The notes: generated by a model from the letters alone, not told the origin. DNA of 64,000 nucleotides from an uncultured Ignavibacteria bacterium (GCA_964593585.1 CAZQIZ010000005.1:42859-106858), one strand, 5' to 3'; shown: positions 9,515-18,755, counted from the first letter of the stretch. Program-made: numbers and translations.

Positions 9515-10525
9515 ATGACTCAGACCCTTGGCACTCGTCGTTGGATCGCCGCATTGACGGCGGCGCTGGCGTTCTGGCCGGTGGGCGTGGCGGCACAGGA
9601 GGACGGCGGCCAGCCGGGCGCGATGCTGGATTGGAGCGTCGGCGCGCGCGCCGTCGCCATGGGCTCGGCCTTCACCGCCACCGCCGAAGGCCCCAGCGGC
9701 TCCTGGTGGAACCCGGCCGGGATCGCGCAGACCCGTCAGGACGCCATCGAAATGGCGCTGCGCAAAATGTCCTTCGACCGGCAGGCCGGATATGTCAACT
9801 ACATCCATCCCTTCGGCCGCGAGGAAGCGGCGATGGGGTTCTCGTGGATCTACGCCGGTGTCGGCGACATCTTCGCCCGCGACATCGACGGCCAGATCGG
9901 CGGTGAGATCTCCGATTACTCCAACGCCTTCGCTTTCACCTTCGCGCGCCGGTTTACCGAACGAACCGCGCCGACCGCCATATCCCTCGGCGTGAATCTG
10001 CGCTATGTCCAGCACAACATCGCCAACATCAGCGCCTACACCGTCGGCTTCGACCTCGGAGCGCAGTTGCGCCACCGCATGCTCAAGCGCGGCATGGCTG
10101 CCGACGCCATCCCCAACGAACTGCGGCTTGGCGTGGCGGTCCAGCGGCTCAACCAGAAATACCCCTGGACCACCAGCGACTATTGGATCGAGGAAGGGGA
10201 ATCAGGGGGATCGTCGTTTGATGAGAAATTTCCGGTGGTGGTGCGCGGCGGAGTGGCGGCGCTTTTGTTCGATGGGCGCGCGCTCGGCGCGGTCGATGTG
10301 AAAGTCGACGCCGACCGCGGTGCGACCGTGCACGTCGGCGCCGAAGGCCGCTTCCGCGAACTGATCGCGGTGCGTGCCGGCGTCGATGACGGCCGTCTCA
10401 CCTTTGGCGGCGGGGTGGAGCCGCGGGCCTCCAGCCGCGTGCGTTTTGTGCTCGACTACGCCTTCGCGGTGCAGCCCGATGAGATTGACGCCGAGCATGT
10501 CTTCTCGCTGGGTGTGCGCTTCTAA
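9515..10525 (+). CDS. PorV/PorQ-family outer-membrane beta-barrel
   Basis: Signal peptide, VGARAVAMGSAFTA, WWNPAG, alternating beta-strands, terminal HVFSLGVRF. Confidence 0.85.
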   Translation: MTQTLGTRRWIAALTAALAFWPVGVAAQEDGGQPGAMLDWSVGARAVAMGSAFTATAEGPSGSWWNPAGIAQTRQDAIEMALRKMSFDRQAGYVNYIHPFGREEAAMGFSWIYAGVGDIFARDIDGQIGGEISDYSNAFAFTFARRFTERTAPTAISLGVNLRYVQHNIANISAYTVGFDLGAQLRHRMLKRGMAADAIPNELRLGVAVQRLNQKYPWTTSDYWIEEGESGGSSFDEKFPVVVRGGVAALLFDGRALGAVDVKVDADRGATVHVGAEGRFRELIAVRAGVDDGRLTFGGGVEPRASSRVRFVLDYAFAVQPDEIDAEHVFSLGVRF

Positions 10526-10540
10526 CGAATGCGGAACGGG

Positions 10541-11467
10541 ATGTCGACGATGCGATCGCTCACACGCTGTGCCGCCGGACTTGTCATTGCGGTCGTTTCA
10601 TTGGTTGCGACGACCCGGAGCGCCGCGGCGCAGTCGAGCGCGACCGACCCCACCGGTTTTCGCTTCCTGACCATCGGCGGCGGCGCCCGCGCGGTGGCGC
10701 TGGCCGAAACGATGGTCGCCGACGCCGAAGATCCCTTCGCCACGGAGTACAATCCCGCCGGATTGGTCGGTATTCCGAAGACCGTCCTCTCGTTTGTCCA
10801 TAACGTCTATTTCCAGGACACCCGCGGCGAATACCTCGCGGTGGCGGTGCCTTGGCAGAAGTGGTCGTTCGGCGCGCGGGTGGCCTACCTGGGCACCGGC
10901 GATATCCCCCGGCGCACCGGCCCCTCGCAGGACCCGATCGGTTACTACGATGCAGCCAGCGGCATCTTCCAGGCCGCGATCGGCCGTATGGTCGATGAGC
11001 GGCTCTCGGTCGGGCTGTCGGCCGCGTATGTGCTCGAGCACATCGAGTCAGAGACCGCGCAAAACGCCATCCTCGGCCTGGGGGCGCGGTACCGAATCCA
11101 TCGCAACTTTCACTTCGGCATCGCCTTCACCAACGTCGGCCCCAAGGCCAAGTTCATCGAGCGCGAGTTCAAGATGCCCAACCGGGTCCACGTCGGCGGC
11201 GCCTGGAGCCGTGAACAACTCTCTCTGCGCGGCGAGTTTTTTGCGGCCGAGGACGAAAACCTGCACTGGCATTTCGGCAGCGAGTACACCCCCGATCCGC
11301 GTCTGGCGCTGCGCGCGGGAGTGCGCCTCGGCTATGACACCCAGACCTTCAGCGCCGGCGCCGGCATTCGCACCGCCGATCAGCGCTTCGGCGTCGATTA
11401 CGCCTTCGCGCCCTACTCCGACGATCTGGGCAGCACCCACCGCTTCGGCCTGACTGTGCGTCCGTAA
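10541..11467 (+). CDS. Second PorV/PorQ-family outer-membrane beta-barrel
   Basis: Signal peptide, FLTIGGGARAVALAE, YNPAGL, LALRAG, DYAFAPYSDDLGSTHRFGL. Alternative starts at 10529 and 10550. Confidence 0.85.
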   Translation: MSTMRSLTRCAAGLVIAVVSLVATTRSAAAQSSATDPTGFRFLTIGGGARAVALAETMVADAEDPFATEYNPAGLVGIPKTVLSFVHNVYFQDTRGEYLAVAVPWQKWSFGARVAYLGTGDIPRRTGPSQDPIGYYDAASGIFQAAIGRMVDERLSVGLSAAYVLEHIESETAQNAILGLGARYRIHRNFHFGIAFTNVGPKAKFIEREFKMPNRVHVGGAWSREQLSLRGEFFAAEDENLHWHFGSEYTPDPRLALRAGVRLGYDTQTFSAGAGIRTADQRFGVDYAFAPYSDDLGSTHRFGLTVRP

Positions 11468-11486
11468 TCGCCCTCCGCCTTTGGTG

Positions 11487-11517
11487 TTGACGCTTCCGGC
11501 GGTTGGCGGTTTATAAC
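11487..11517 (+). promoter_or_regulatory. sigma70-like promoter for the membrane cassette
   Basis: TTGACG (11487-92) and TATAAC (11512-17); the 19-nt spacer is long. The ATG follows 4 nt later with no SD. Confidence 0.4.
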
Positions 11518-11521
11518 CCGC

Positions 11522-12385
11522 ATGCGCCGGCGGCTCCGTGTTCTGACAGCCCTCTCGCTTTGCGGCTTCCCGGCCGTGGCGATGGCCGGGACGCGTGATG
11601 TCACACCGGCGCTGGTCGTTCAGACTCAACGCCTGCCCGAACTCATCGCAATTGTCCTGGTCATCGCCGCGGCCTTCATCGCCGGCCGGCTGGTGAAACG
11701 GCGCGGCGCGCCGGCGCTGCGTCCCCTGCCGCCGCTTGATGCCCTGCCCGATGCTATCGGACGCGCCACCGAAACCGGCACGCCGGTGGTCTACATCACC
11801 GGCTGGGGGGGCGACATGGGACGTCCCACCACCATGGCCTCGATGCAGATTCTCTCGCATGTGGCCCGACAATCCGCGCAGTACAATTGCCGCCTGCTGT
11901 TTCCCAGCCACGATCCGGTGATCGCGCAGGTCGCCGATGACACGATCACGCAGGCGGCCTCGCTGGCGGGACGCCCGGAGTGGAAGGCGCTGACCGCCGC
12001 GACCTTCGTCACACAAAGCCAGTTCGGCTACGCCGCCGCGATCGAGGGAATCGTCGCGCGCGAACATCCCGGCGCGGTCCTGCTTCTGGGCACCTTCGAG
12101 GGCGAGGCGTTGATCCTCGCCGAGGCGGCGCATCGCTCCGGCGCGGTCACCATTGCCGGCACCGATTCGACCATCCAGCTGTCGTTTTTCCTGGTCGCCT
12201 GTGACTACACTCTGATCGGCGAGGAGCTATTCGCGGCCTCGGGTGTTCTCTCCGGCGATGCGCGCACCCTCGGCGCGCTCTGGGCGCAGGACTGGCTGAA
12301 GTACCTCGCGCTGGCCATCCTGCTCTGCGGCGCTCTGGTCCTGCGGCTTGCCGCCTATGACGCCGGTCCGTGGCTGGCGAAATGA
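11522..12385 (+). CDS. DUF6754-like membrane-anchored protein of unknown function
   Basis: N-terminal hydrophobic segments; conserved-looking core (LDALPDAIGRATE, QFGYAAA, EALILAE, QLSFFLVACDYTLIGEELFAA); C-terminal TM. The family name is from recall and needs an HMM check. Confidence 0.75.
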   Translation: MRRRLRVLTALSLCGFPAVAMAGTRDVTPALVVQTQRLPELIAIVLVIAAAFIAGRLVKRRGAPALRPLPPLDALPDAIGRATETGTPVVYITGWGGDMGRPTTMASMQILSHVARQSAQYNCRLLFPSHDPVIAQVADDTITQAASLAGRPEWKALTAATFVTQSQFGYAAAIEGIVAREHPGAVLLLGTFEGEALILAEAAHRSGAVTIAGTDSTIQLSFFLVACDYTLIGEELFAASGVLSGDARTLGALWAQDWLKYLALAILLCGALVLRLAAYDAGPWLAK

Positions 12386-12392
12386 ATCGACG

Positions 12393-13022
12393 ATGAATCT
12401 CCTGCGCGACCGCCTCACCATTCTGACCGCCGCCACCGCCGGTGTCTTCATGGTCGTGCAGTACTTCGTCACATCGCCGGGGATGGATGCGACCTACCGC
12501 GCCATTCTCAACTGGATGCAGGTGATCTTCGCCTGCGCCTTGATGGTCGGCATCGCCGCGGTGGTGAAAAACCACTTCGTCCGCCTCCGACGCCGTCCCG
12601 CCGAACGGCTGTATTCGCTGGTGCTTTTGGCTTCGGTGGCGGCGATGGCGCTGATGGGGTTTTCCGGCGGCATCGATCAGGGCTCGTCGTTTCTTTGGGC
12701 CTTCAATCATCTGCAGGCGCCGATGCAGGCCACGGTCTTTTCGCTTCTGGCCTTCTATGTGACCTCGGCGGCCTTCCGCGGATTCCGCGCCCGCTCGGTG
12801 GAGTCGGCGGTGCTCATCGCCGCCGGGTTGATCGTACTCATCGGGCGAGTCCCATTGGGCGAGCAGATCAGCGCGCAATTGCCGGCGGTGGCCGAGTGGA
12901 TTGTCAATGTGCCGGCGCTGGCCGCCAAACGCGCCATCCTGATCGGTATCGGGCTGGGAATGGTCGCCACCGCCCTGAAAGTCATCGCCGGCGTCGAGCG
13001 CACCTACTTGGGGGGACGGTAG
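12393..13022 (+). CDS. Polytopic membrane protein of unknown function (cassette gene 2)
   Basis: About 5-6 hydrophobic segments; PMQATVFSLLAFYVTSAAFRGFRARS, LIGRVP, KRAILIG. Starts 7 nt after gene 1. Confidence 0.85.
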   Translation: MNLLRDRLTILTAATAGVFMVVQYFVTSPGMDATYRAILNWMQVIFACALMVGIAAVVKNHFVRLRRRPAERLYSLVLLASVAAMALMGFSGGIDQGSSFLWAFNHLQAPMQATVFSLLAFYVTSAAFRGFRARSVESAVLIAAGLIVLIGRVPLGEQISAQLPAVAEWIVNVPALAAKRAILIGIGLGMVATALKVIAGVERTYLGGR

Positions 13023-13023
13023 G

Positions 13024-13824
13024 GTGCGCGCGCGCCGGATCATCTTTGCGCTGCTGGCGATCGTGATGATCGCCGTCATGATTTGGCGGCCGCGGCTGCC
13101 GATCACCGTCACCGATTCCACCCGCGCCGTCTTCGCCATGATCGAAGCGCTCGACTCGAACGCGGTGGTGATGATCTCCTTTGATCACGAGGCCTCCAGT
13201 CTGCCCGAGATCGGTCCGATCGGCGCGGCCATCGCCGATCACTGCTTCCGTCGCGGCATCAAAGTGGTCGGGCTGGCGCTGTTTTCTGAAGGAAATGCCA
13301 TCGGCTATGACCTGCTCTCCCGCCGCGCCATACGGCAGGGGAGAGAGTACGGCGACGACTGGATCTACCTCGGCTTCCGTCCGCAGTACACCGCCGCCAT
13401 CCTCGGAATAGGGGAGAACATCGGCGATGTCTTCGCCACCGACTATCTCGGCGCGCCGCTGTCCCGTCTGCCGCTGGGCGCGCATGTCCGCAACTACGAG
13501 GACATCGATCTGGTGGTCTCGGTCGCCGATGGGTCGATGCCGACCTATTGGATCGAATACGCCGCCAATCGCTACGGTGAAAAGGTCGTCGCGGCGCTCT
13601 CGGCGGTCATGGTAACCTCGTTTACGCCCTATCAGGAATCCGGGCAACTGGCCGGCATCCTCACCGGATTGAAGGGCGCCGCTGAATACGAGCAACTCCT
13701 GCAATCGCCCGCCGCGGGTGTGCGTGGCATGGCGGCGCAGTCGGCCGCGCATGTGCTGATCGCCTTCCTCGTGCTCTGGGGCAACATCGAGGCATGGCGC
13801 TCCCGCAAACGGAGGGCCGCCTGA
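13024..13824 (+). CDS. Membrane-anchored protein of unknown function (cassette gene 3)
   Basis: GTG start 1 nt after gene 2. N- and C-terminal TMs flank a soluble domain (EYGDDWIYLGFRP, SGQLAGILTGLKGAAEYE). Confidence 0.85.
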   Translation: MRARRIIFALLAIVMIAVMIWRPRLPITVTDSTRAVFAMIEALDSNAVVMISFDHEASSLPEIGPIGAAIADHCFRRGIKVVGLALFSEGNAIGYDLLSRRAIRQGREYGDDWIYLGFRPQYTAAILGIGENIGDVFATDYLGAPLSRLPLGAHVRNYEDIDLVVSVADGSMPTYWIEYAANRYGEKVVAALSAVMVTSFTPYQESGQLAGILTGLKGAAEYEQLLQSPAAGVRGMAAQSAAHVLIAFLVLWGNIEAWRSRKRRAA

Positions 13825-13825
13825 G

Positions 13826-14416
13826 ATGTGGTGGGAAACCACGATCACCGCGCTGCTGACGCTGGCCATCTACACCATTCTGGTCGGCGACAATCCGATC
13901 TACAAATTCGCCGAGCATCTCCTGCTGGGTCTGTCGATCGGGTACTCGCTTGTGGTGACGGTCAAATCGATTCTGATCCCGCAGACGATCTCGCCGCTGG
14001 GAGAGGGCCAATGGGCGGCGTTGATCCCGGTGATTCTCGGCTCGGCGATGTTTCTGCGTGTGCATCCCCGCCTGGCCCCCTGGTCGCAGATTCCGCTCGC
14101 GCTCTTGATCGGCGCCGGCGCAGGCGCGGCCATCCCGGCGATGATGCAGGCACGGGTGCTCAAGCAGACCGCCGCCACCATCTCCGGCAGTGGCAGCGTC
14201 GATGGCGTGATCATTTTGTTGGGCGTGCTGGTGACGCTGATGTATTTCGTCTTCACCTGCCGTCACACCGGCGCCTGGGGCCGGGCCGCCGTCGCCGGGC
14301 GGTACTTTATGATGATATTCTTCGGCGCCACCTTTGCGTATACGGTAATGTCACGCATGGCGCTCCTGATCGGGCGTCTCGAGTTCCTACTGTCCGACTG
14401 GCTCGGCGTGATCTGA
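13826..14416 (+). CDS. Polytopic membrane protein of unknown function (cassette gene 4)
   Basis: Starts 1 nt after gene 3; about 6 TMs; TLAIYTILVGDNPIYKFAEHLLLG, MIFFGATFAYTVMSRMALLIGRL. Confidence 0.85.
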   Translation: MWWETTITALLTLAIYTILVGDNPIYKFAEHLLLGLSIGYSLVVTVKSILIPQTISPLGEGQWAALIPVILGSAMFLRVHPRLAPWSQIPLALLIGAGAGAAIPAMMQARVLKQTAATISGSGSVDGVIILLGVLVTLMYFVFTCRHTGAWGRAAVAGRYFMMIFFGATFAYTVMSRMALLIGRLEFLLSDWLGVI

Positions 14417-14439
14417 TCCGATGCACGGAACCCACGACG

Positions 14440-14583
14440 ATGATCTGCCCCCGCTGCCGCCGCGCCATGGTCGAGCAAAAGCGGGTCTTCCACGGACGCC
14501 GCAAATGGATCTGCCCGGTCTGCAAGAAGGTCCGGTTTCAGAGCGTGCGCCCTCCCCGATCGCGCAAGCCCGAGCACGAGTAG
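14440..14583 (+). CDS. 47-aa basic Zn-ribbon microprotein
   Basis: MICPRCRRAMVEQKRVFHGRRKWICPVCKKVRFQ...: two CxxC pairs with Zn-ribbon spacing. Confidence 0.6.
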   Translation: MICPRCRRAMVEQKRVFHGRRKWICPVCKKVRFQSVRPPRSRKPEHE

Positions 14584-15371
14584 CCCGTCGGTATCCGGAG
14601 GTCCGTGTCGGCACCAGCGGCTACTCCTTCGCCGACTGGGTGGGCTCCTACTATCCCGCCGGGATCGCGCGCGGCCGCATGTTCGACCACTACGCCACCG
14701 ATTTCGACACCGTCGAAATCAATTCCACCTACTACGGCATCCCGAGCGCGAAGGTGTTCGCCAACATGGAACGCAAAAGCCCGCTGGCGTTCGAGTTCCT
14801 TGTCAAGACCCACGGCAGCTTCACCCACCAGCGCGACCAGGCCGAAGCCAACATTCCGTCGCTTCTGGAGGCGGTCGCGCCGTTGCGCGAGGCCGGCAAA
14901 CTGCGCGGCCTGCTGGCCCAGTTCCCGTACTCCTTCCGCCATGCCCCCGCCAACCTCGACTATCTGCGTCGCCAGAATGACCGACTGGCGGGAATCCCGC
15001 TGTTCGTCGAATTTCGTCACGACAGTTGGCTGCGTCCGGAAGTGAAGGAGGCGTTGCGTCAGGCGCACATCGGCTACTGCAACGTCGATGAACCGCCCCT
15101 GCCGCATCTGCTGCCCCCCGAAGCCGCGGCCACCACACCGGTGGGGTACATCCGTCTCCATGGACGCAACGCCGCGCAGTGGTGGGAGGGCGGCGCCGAG
15201 CGGTACAACTATCAATACAGCGACGACCAACTGCGCGAATGGGTCGGACGTCTCGACTCCCTGCGCGCCCAGACCGACCGCATCTACGTCTTCTTCAACA
15301 ACTGCCACCTCGGCCGCGCCGTCCGCGACGCCCACCGCTTCCTCGAACTGCTGGGCGAGGAAGACGCGTGA
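14505..15371 (+). CDS. DUF72 (YecE-like) TIM-barrel protein
   Basis: VGTSGYSFADW, FDTVEINSTYY, LAQFPYSF, VEFRHDSW, YIRLHGRN, YNYQYS, YVFFNN. The nearest in-frame ATG is 14505 (also 14421), so the start is uncertain. Confidence 0.88.
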   Translation: MDLPGLQEGPVSERAPSPIAQARARVARRYPEVRVGTSGYSFADWVGSYYPAGIARGRMFDHYATDFDTVEINSTYYGIPSAKVFANMERKSPLAFEFLVKTHGSFTHQRDQAEANIPSLLEAVAPLREAGKLRGLLAQFPYSFRHAPANLDYLRRQNDRLAGIPLFVEFRHDSWLRPEVKEALRQAHIGYCNVDEPPLPHLLPPEAAATTPVGYIRLHGRNAAQWWEGGAERYNYQYSDDQLREWVGRLDSLRAQTDRIYVFFNNCHLGRAVRDAHRFLELLGEEDA

Positions 15372-15393
15372 ACCGATCCTGTCAGAAACGAAG

Positions 15394-15417
15394 AAAAAAC
15401 GCGCACCGCGCCGTTTT
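15394..15417. terminator. Weak, possibly bidirectional terminator-like hairpin
   Basis: AAAAAACGCGC-ACC-GCGCCGTTTT; imperfect stem. Confidence 0.3.
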
Positions 15418-15563
15418 GTCTGCCACGTAAAGTATTGTGCGCCAGCGCGTAATACCGCTAAAGCTAAAGCGCTGATCGAGCCGATAATTACTATTGCGGA
15501 GTGTGGCCATCGCGTATAGGTTACGAAGACCTGCCCACGGGGGGCGGTCTGACGTTGTCCACT

Positions 15564-16499
15564 ATGTCCAAACGGATTTTGATCAGGATCGGTGTCGTAG
15601 TCTGGGCGTTGGCGGCCTTGGTCGTCGGCGTCACCCAGCAGCTGTCGCCCTCGTTGCATCCCGATTCCCCGGCCCCCAAGCCGAAAGACCTGCAGCCGGC
15701 GGCCTGGGTGCCCAAGACCTCGTTTGCCGAACTGAAGTCGATGCCCACTCTGCGCTGCGCGTCGGCCTTCATCCTCGACAATAAGGCCGGGGAGATCATC
15801 CTCGAGAAGAACGCCCACGAGGTGCGCCCGATCGCCTCGATCACCAAGCTGCTGACCTCGCTGGTCTTCCTCGAGTCCGGGATCGACCTGAGCAACACCA
15901 CCACGATCACACCCGAGGATGCCTTCGAGTCCTCGCGGTCGCGACTGCGCCCCGGCGAGGAATACACCGTCCGCGACCTGCTCCACGCCGCGCTGATCTC
16001 CTCCGACAACCGCGCGGCACGGGCGCTGTCGCGTTCGGCGGGCATGACCCAGGCGATGTTCATCGCCCGCATGAACGACAAGGCGCGCGAATTGGATATG
16101 GACTCGACCCATGTCGTCGAGCCGACCGGCCTGTCCAACGAGAACCGCTCCACTGCCCACGATTGCGCCATTCTGGTCAACGCGGCGCTGAAGAATCACC
16201 TGATCCGCCACATCACATCCCTGACCGGCCACACCATCCGGCCGCTCAATCGCCGACGCAACGTGGCGCTCTCGAACACCAACCGACTCCTGCAGACCGA
16301 TTTGCAGTTCCTCGGCGCCAAGACCGGGTATATCAACGACGCCGGCTGGTGCATCGCCGCCCGCGCTCTCTCCGGACAGGGGGACGATGTCACCGCCGTG
16401 GTTCTTGGCGCCCGCACCTCGACCCAGCGCTTCGCCTCGCTGTCCAGCGCGTTGCACTGGGCCTTCGATGTTGTCTCTTCCTCCCTCTCCCGAAACTGA
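15564..16499 (+). CDS. D-Ala-D-Ala carboxypeptidase/endopeptidase (PbpG/DacA-like, peptidase S11)
   Basis: SxxK (ASITK), SxN (SDN) and KTG motifs; N-terminal TM. Alternative GTG start at 15501. Confidence 0.92.
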   Translation: MSKRILIRIGVVVWALAALVVGVTQQLSPSLHPDSPAPKPKDLQPAAWVPKTSFAELKSMPTLRCASAFILDNKAGEIILEKNAHEVRPIASITKLLTSLVFLESGIDLSNTTTITPEDAFESSRSRLRPGEEYTVRDLLHAALISSDNRAARALSRSAGMTQAMFIARMNDKARELDMDSTHVVEPTGLSNENRSTAHDCAILVNAALKNHLIRHITSLTGHTIRPLNRRRNVALSNTNRLLQTDLQFLGAKTGYINDAGWCIAARALSGQGDDVTAVVLGARTSTQRFASLSSALHWAFDVVSSSLSRN

Positions 16500-16512
16500 G
16501 TACCTTTCCCGC

Positions 16513-16764
16513 ATGGGCGCAAGCGGCGACCAGCGTATCGAGGAACTGCTGGGAGTCCTGGACACCAGTCTCCTGGAGTTTGAAGAACTCCTGGGCGAAC
16601 TGGCTGATCAGGCGGAAAAGACCGTGCCCAAACTCGAATCGCTCGCCCGCGAACAGCGCGAATCGCGCGCCGAAATCGCCGAATTGCGCGAGATGATCGA
16701 ATCCCTTACGCAGCGCGTCGAACGGCTCACCTCGATCTTGACCGATTCGCACCGTGAACGGTAG
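16513..16764 (+). CDS. Small acidic coiled-coil protein (83 aa)
   Basis: Leu/Ile heptad pattern, normal GC-rich codon usage, fills the gap after the PBP gene. Confidence 0.6.
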   Translation: MGASGDQRIEELLGVLDTSLLEFEELLGELADQAEKTVPKLESLAREQRESRAEIAELREMIESLTQRVERLTSILTDSHRER

Positions 16765-16889
16765 GCCGCCCGGCCACTCCGGTTGACAACCGCGCGACCG
16801 GCCGCCTAATTGACCCCGTACTCTGTCGGCTGGTGGACCTGGGATTGCCGCCGGGATGATACCCGATGCCTGTTTGTTGGCGGACCATC

Positions 16890-18713
16890 ATGTCGCAACT
16901 CTGGGGCGGCGCCGAGACCGATCCCGCGCTGCGCGAGGAGTTCGAACGTCTCAGCCGCCGTGGGCTGCGCATTGTCGGCTGGGCCGGGATCGCCGTCCCG
17001 GCGCTGCTTGTGATCATGCGTCTGGCGCGCGGGATTCGTCCCGGCTGGACCGATATCCACGGCGTGCAGACCGCCCTCTGGGATGAAGGGGCCGTCGCCC
17101 TGCTCGGCCTGTCCGCGCTCACCCTGGCCCGCTCACCGCGCGGCGCCACCCATGGCCGGCTGATCGTCGCCCTGCTCATGCTCGTCACCGCGGTGATTGT
17201 GATCCTCGATGACGTCGGACGCGGCGGCGCCAGTTTCGCCCCGTTCTATCTAACGCTGTTGACCTTCGTCGCCGTCGGTATCATGCCCTACCGCCCCTGG
17301 CACATCCTTGCCCTCGGGTTGTCGTTCATGGCCATCCATCTGGCGCTGACCACTTGGGGTCCCGCCTGGTTTGGCAGCCCGCCGGTCGAGCATGCGCTCG
17401 ACCACACCGCCTTCCTGATTCTTCTGTCGCTCATCGCTACTTGGATGACGGTCCTCATCTATGGCACCCGGCGGCGGCAGTGGGATTCGCTGCAACGCTC
17501 GCTGGCCTCCGAACGCAAGTACCGCTCGCTGTTCGAGGACTCCCACGAGGCGATCTTCGTGATCGACAACCTCACCGGGACTTTTCGCGAGATCAACGCG
17601 ATCATGGGCGAGATGACCGGCCTCTCCGACGCCGATCTGTCCGCCACGCCGTTCATCGAGGTGATTCATCCCGACGAGCGCGAGCGGGTGTTGGCCATCC
17701 ACCGGGCGCGGGTGCGGGGTGAACCGGCGCCGACGCGTTACACGACCAAGATCCTGCCGCGCCATTCCACCGAGCCGCGTGTGGCCGACATCACCATCCA
17801 CAAACTGCAGGACCCGACCATGACCGCCGGGATCGCGCACGACATGACCGAGTCGATCCGCGCCATGGAGACGGTGCGTGCCTATGCCGCCGAGCTGGAG
17901 GAATCCAACCGCCGTCTGCGCGAGACGCAATTGCAGTTGATTCAGACCGAGAAGATGGCGGCGCTGGGCGATCTGGTCGCCGGGGTCGCCCACGAACTGA
18001 ATACGCCGCTGGCCTCGGTGCACGCTTGCCTGGAAGTCGCCGGACGCGCCTCGAACATGCTCAGCGAGTCGCTGGCGGCCAACCACGAGGATGGCGCCGC
18101 GGGGGACCGTGAGCGGGTCGAACGCGCCCTGCAGGTGCTGGCCGAAGTGGCCGCCACCGGACGCGACGCCGCCCATCGCATCTCTTCGGTGGTGCGCGCC
18201 CTGCGATGCTTTGCCCGTCTCGATGAGGCCGAATTGAAGACGGTCGATCTGCGCCAGGCCCTTGATGACACCCTGCAATTGCTCCAGCACGAGATCGGCC
18301 CCGGCATCCATGTCCGCCGCGATTACGGCGAACTGCCGCCGGTCCACTGCTACGCCAGCCAGATCAACCAGGTGTTCTGGAATTTGCTCCACAACGCCGT
18401 GCAGGCGCTGCACGGCAAAGGCGAATTGCGCATCCGCACCGCCAGCAACAACGGCCGGGTTCGCATCGCGATCGCCGACACCGGCAAGGGCATCCCTGCC
18501 GCCACTTTGGCGCGCATTTTCGATCCGAATTTTGTCCTGAAGGAAGGACGCATTGGCATGGGGCTGGGGCTGCCCGTTAGCTATCGCATCGTGGAGGCCC
18601 ACAACGGCACCCTGCGTATCGACAGCATCGAGGGTCAGGGCACCACTGTGACGGTCGAGATCCCGCTCGCGCAGATTGATCTGCCTCCCGCCCCGATCGA
18701 CATCAGCGCTTAA
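16890..18713 (+). CDS. Membrane PAS histidine kinase
   Basis: Multi-TM N-terminus, PAS (LFEDSHEAIFVID...IHPDER), H-box VAGVAHELNTP, N-box QVFWNLLHNA, G-boxes DTGKGI and GMGLGL. Confidence 0.92.
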   Translation: MSQLWGGAETDPALREEFERLSRRGLRIVGWAGIAVPALLVIMRLARGIRPGWTDIHGVQTALWDEGAVALLGLSALTLARSPRGATHGRLIVALLMLVTAVIVILDDVGRGGASFAPFYLTLLTFVAVGIMPYRPWHILALGLSFMAIHLALTTWGPAWFGSPPVEHALDHTAFLILLSLIATWMTVLIYGTRRRQWDSLQRSLASERKYRSLFEDSHEAIFVIDNLTGTFREINAIMGEMTGLSDADLSATPFIEVIHPDERERVLAIHRARVRGEPAPTRYTTKILPRHSTEPRVADITIHKLQDPTMTAGIAHDMTESIRAMETVRAYAAELEESNRRLRETQLQLIQTEKMAALGDLVAGVAHELNTPLASVHACLEVAGRASNMLSESLAANHEDGAAGDRERVERALQVLAEVAATGRDAAHRISSVVRALRCFARLDEAELKTVDLRQALDDTLQLLQHEIGPGIHVRRDYGELPPVHCYASQINQVFWNLLHNAVQALHGKGELRIRTASNNGRVRIAIADTGKGIPAATLARIFDPNFVLKEGRIGMGLGLPVSYRIVEAHNGTLRIDSIEGQGTTVTVEIPLAQIDLPPAPIDISA

Positions 18714-18755
18714 ACGAATCGGCCGACGACTTCTCCACCCCGCGCGCCTGGGCAT

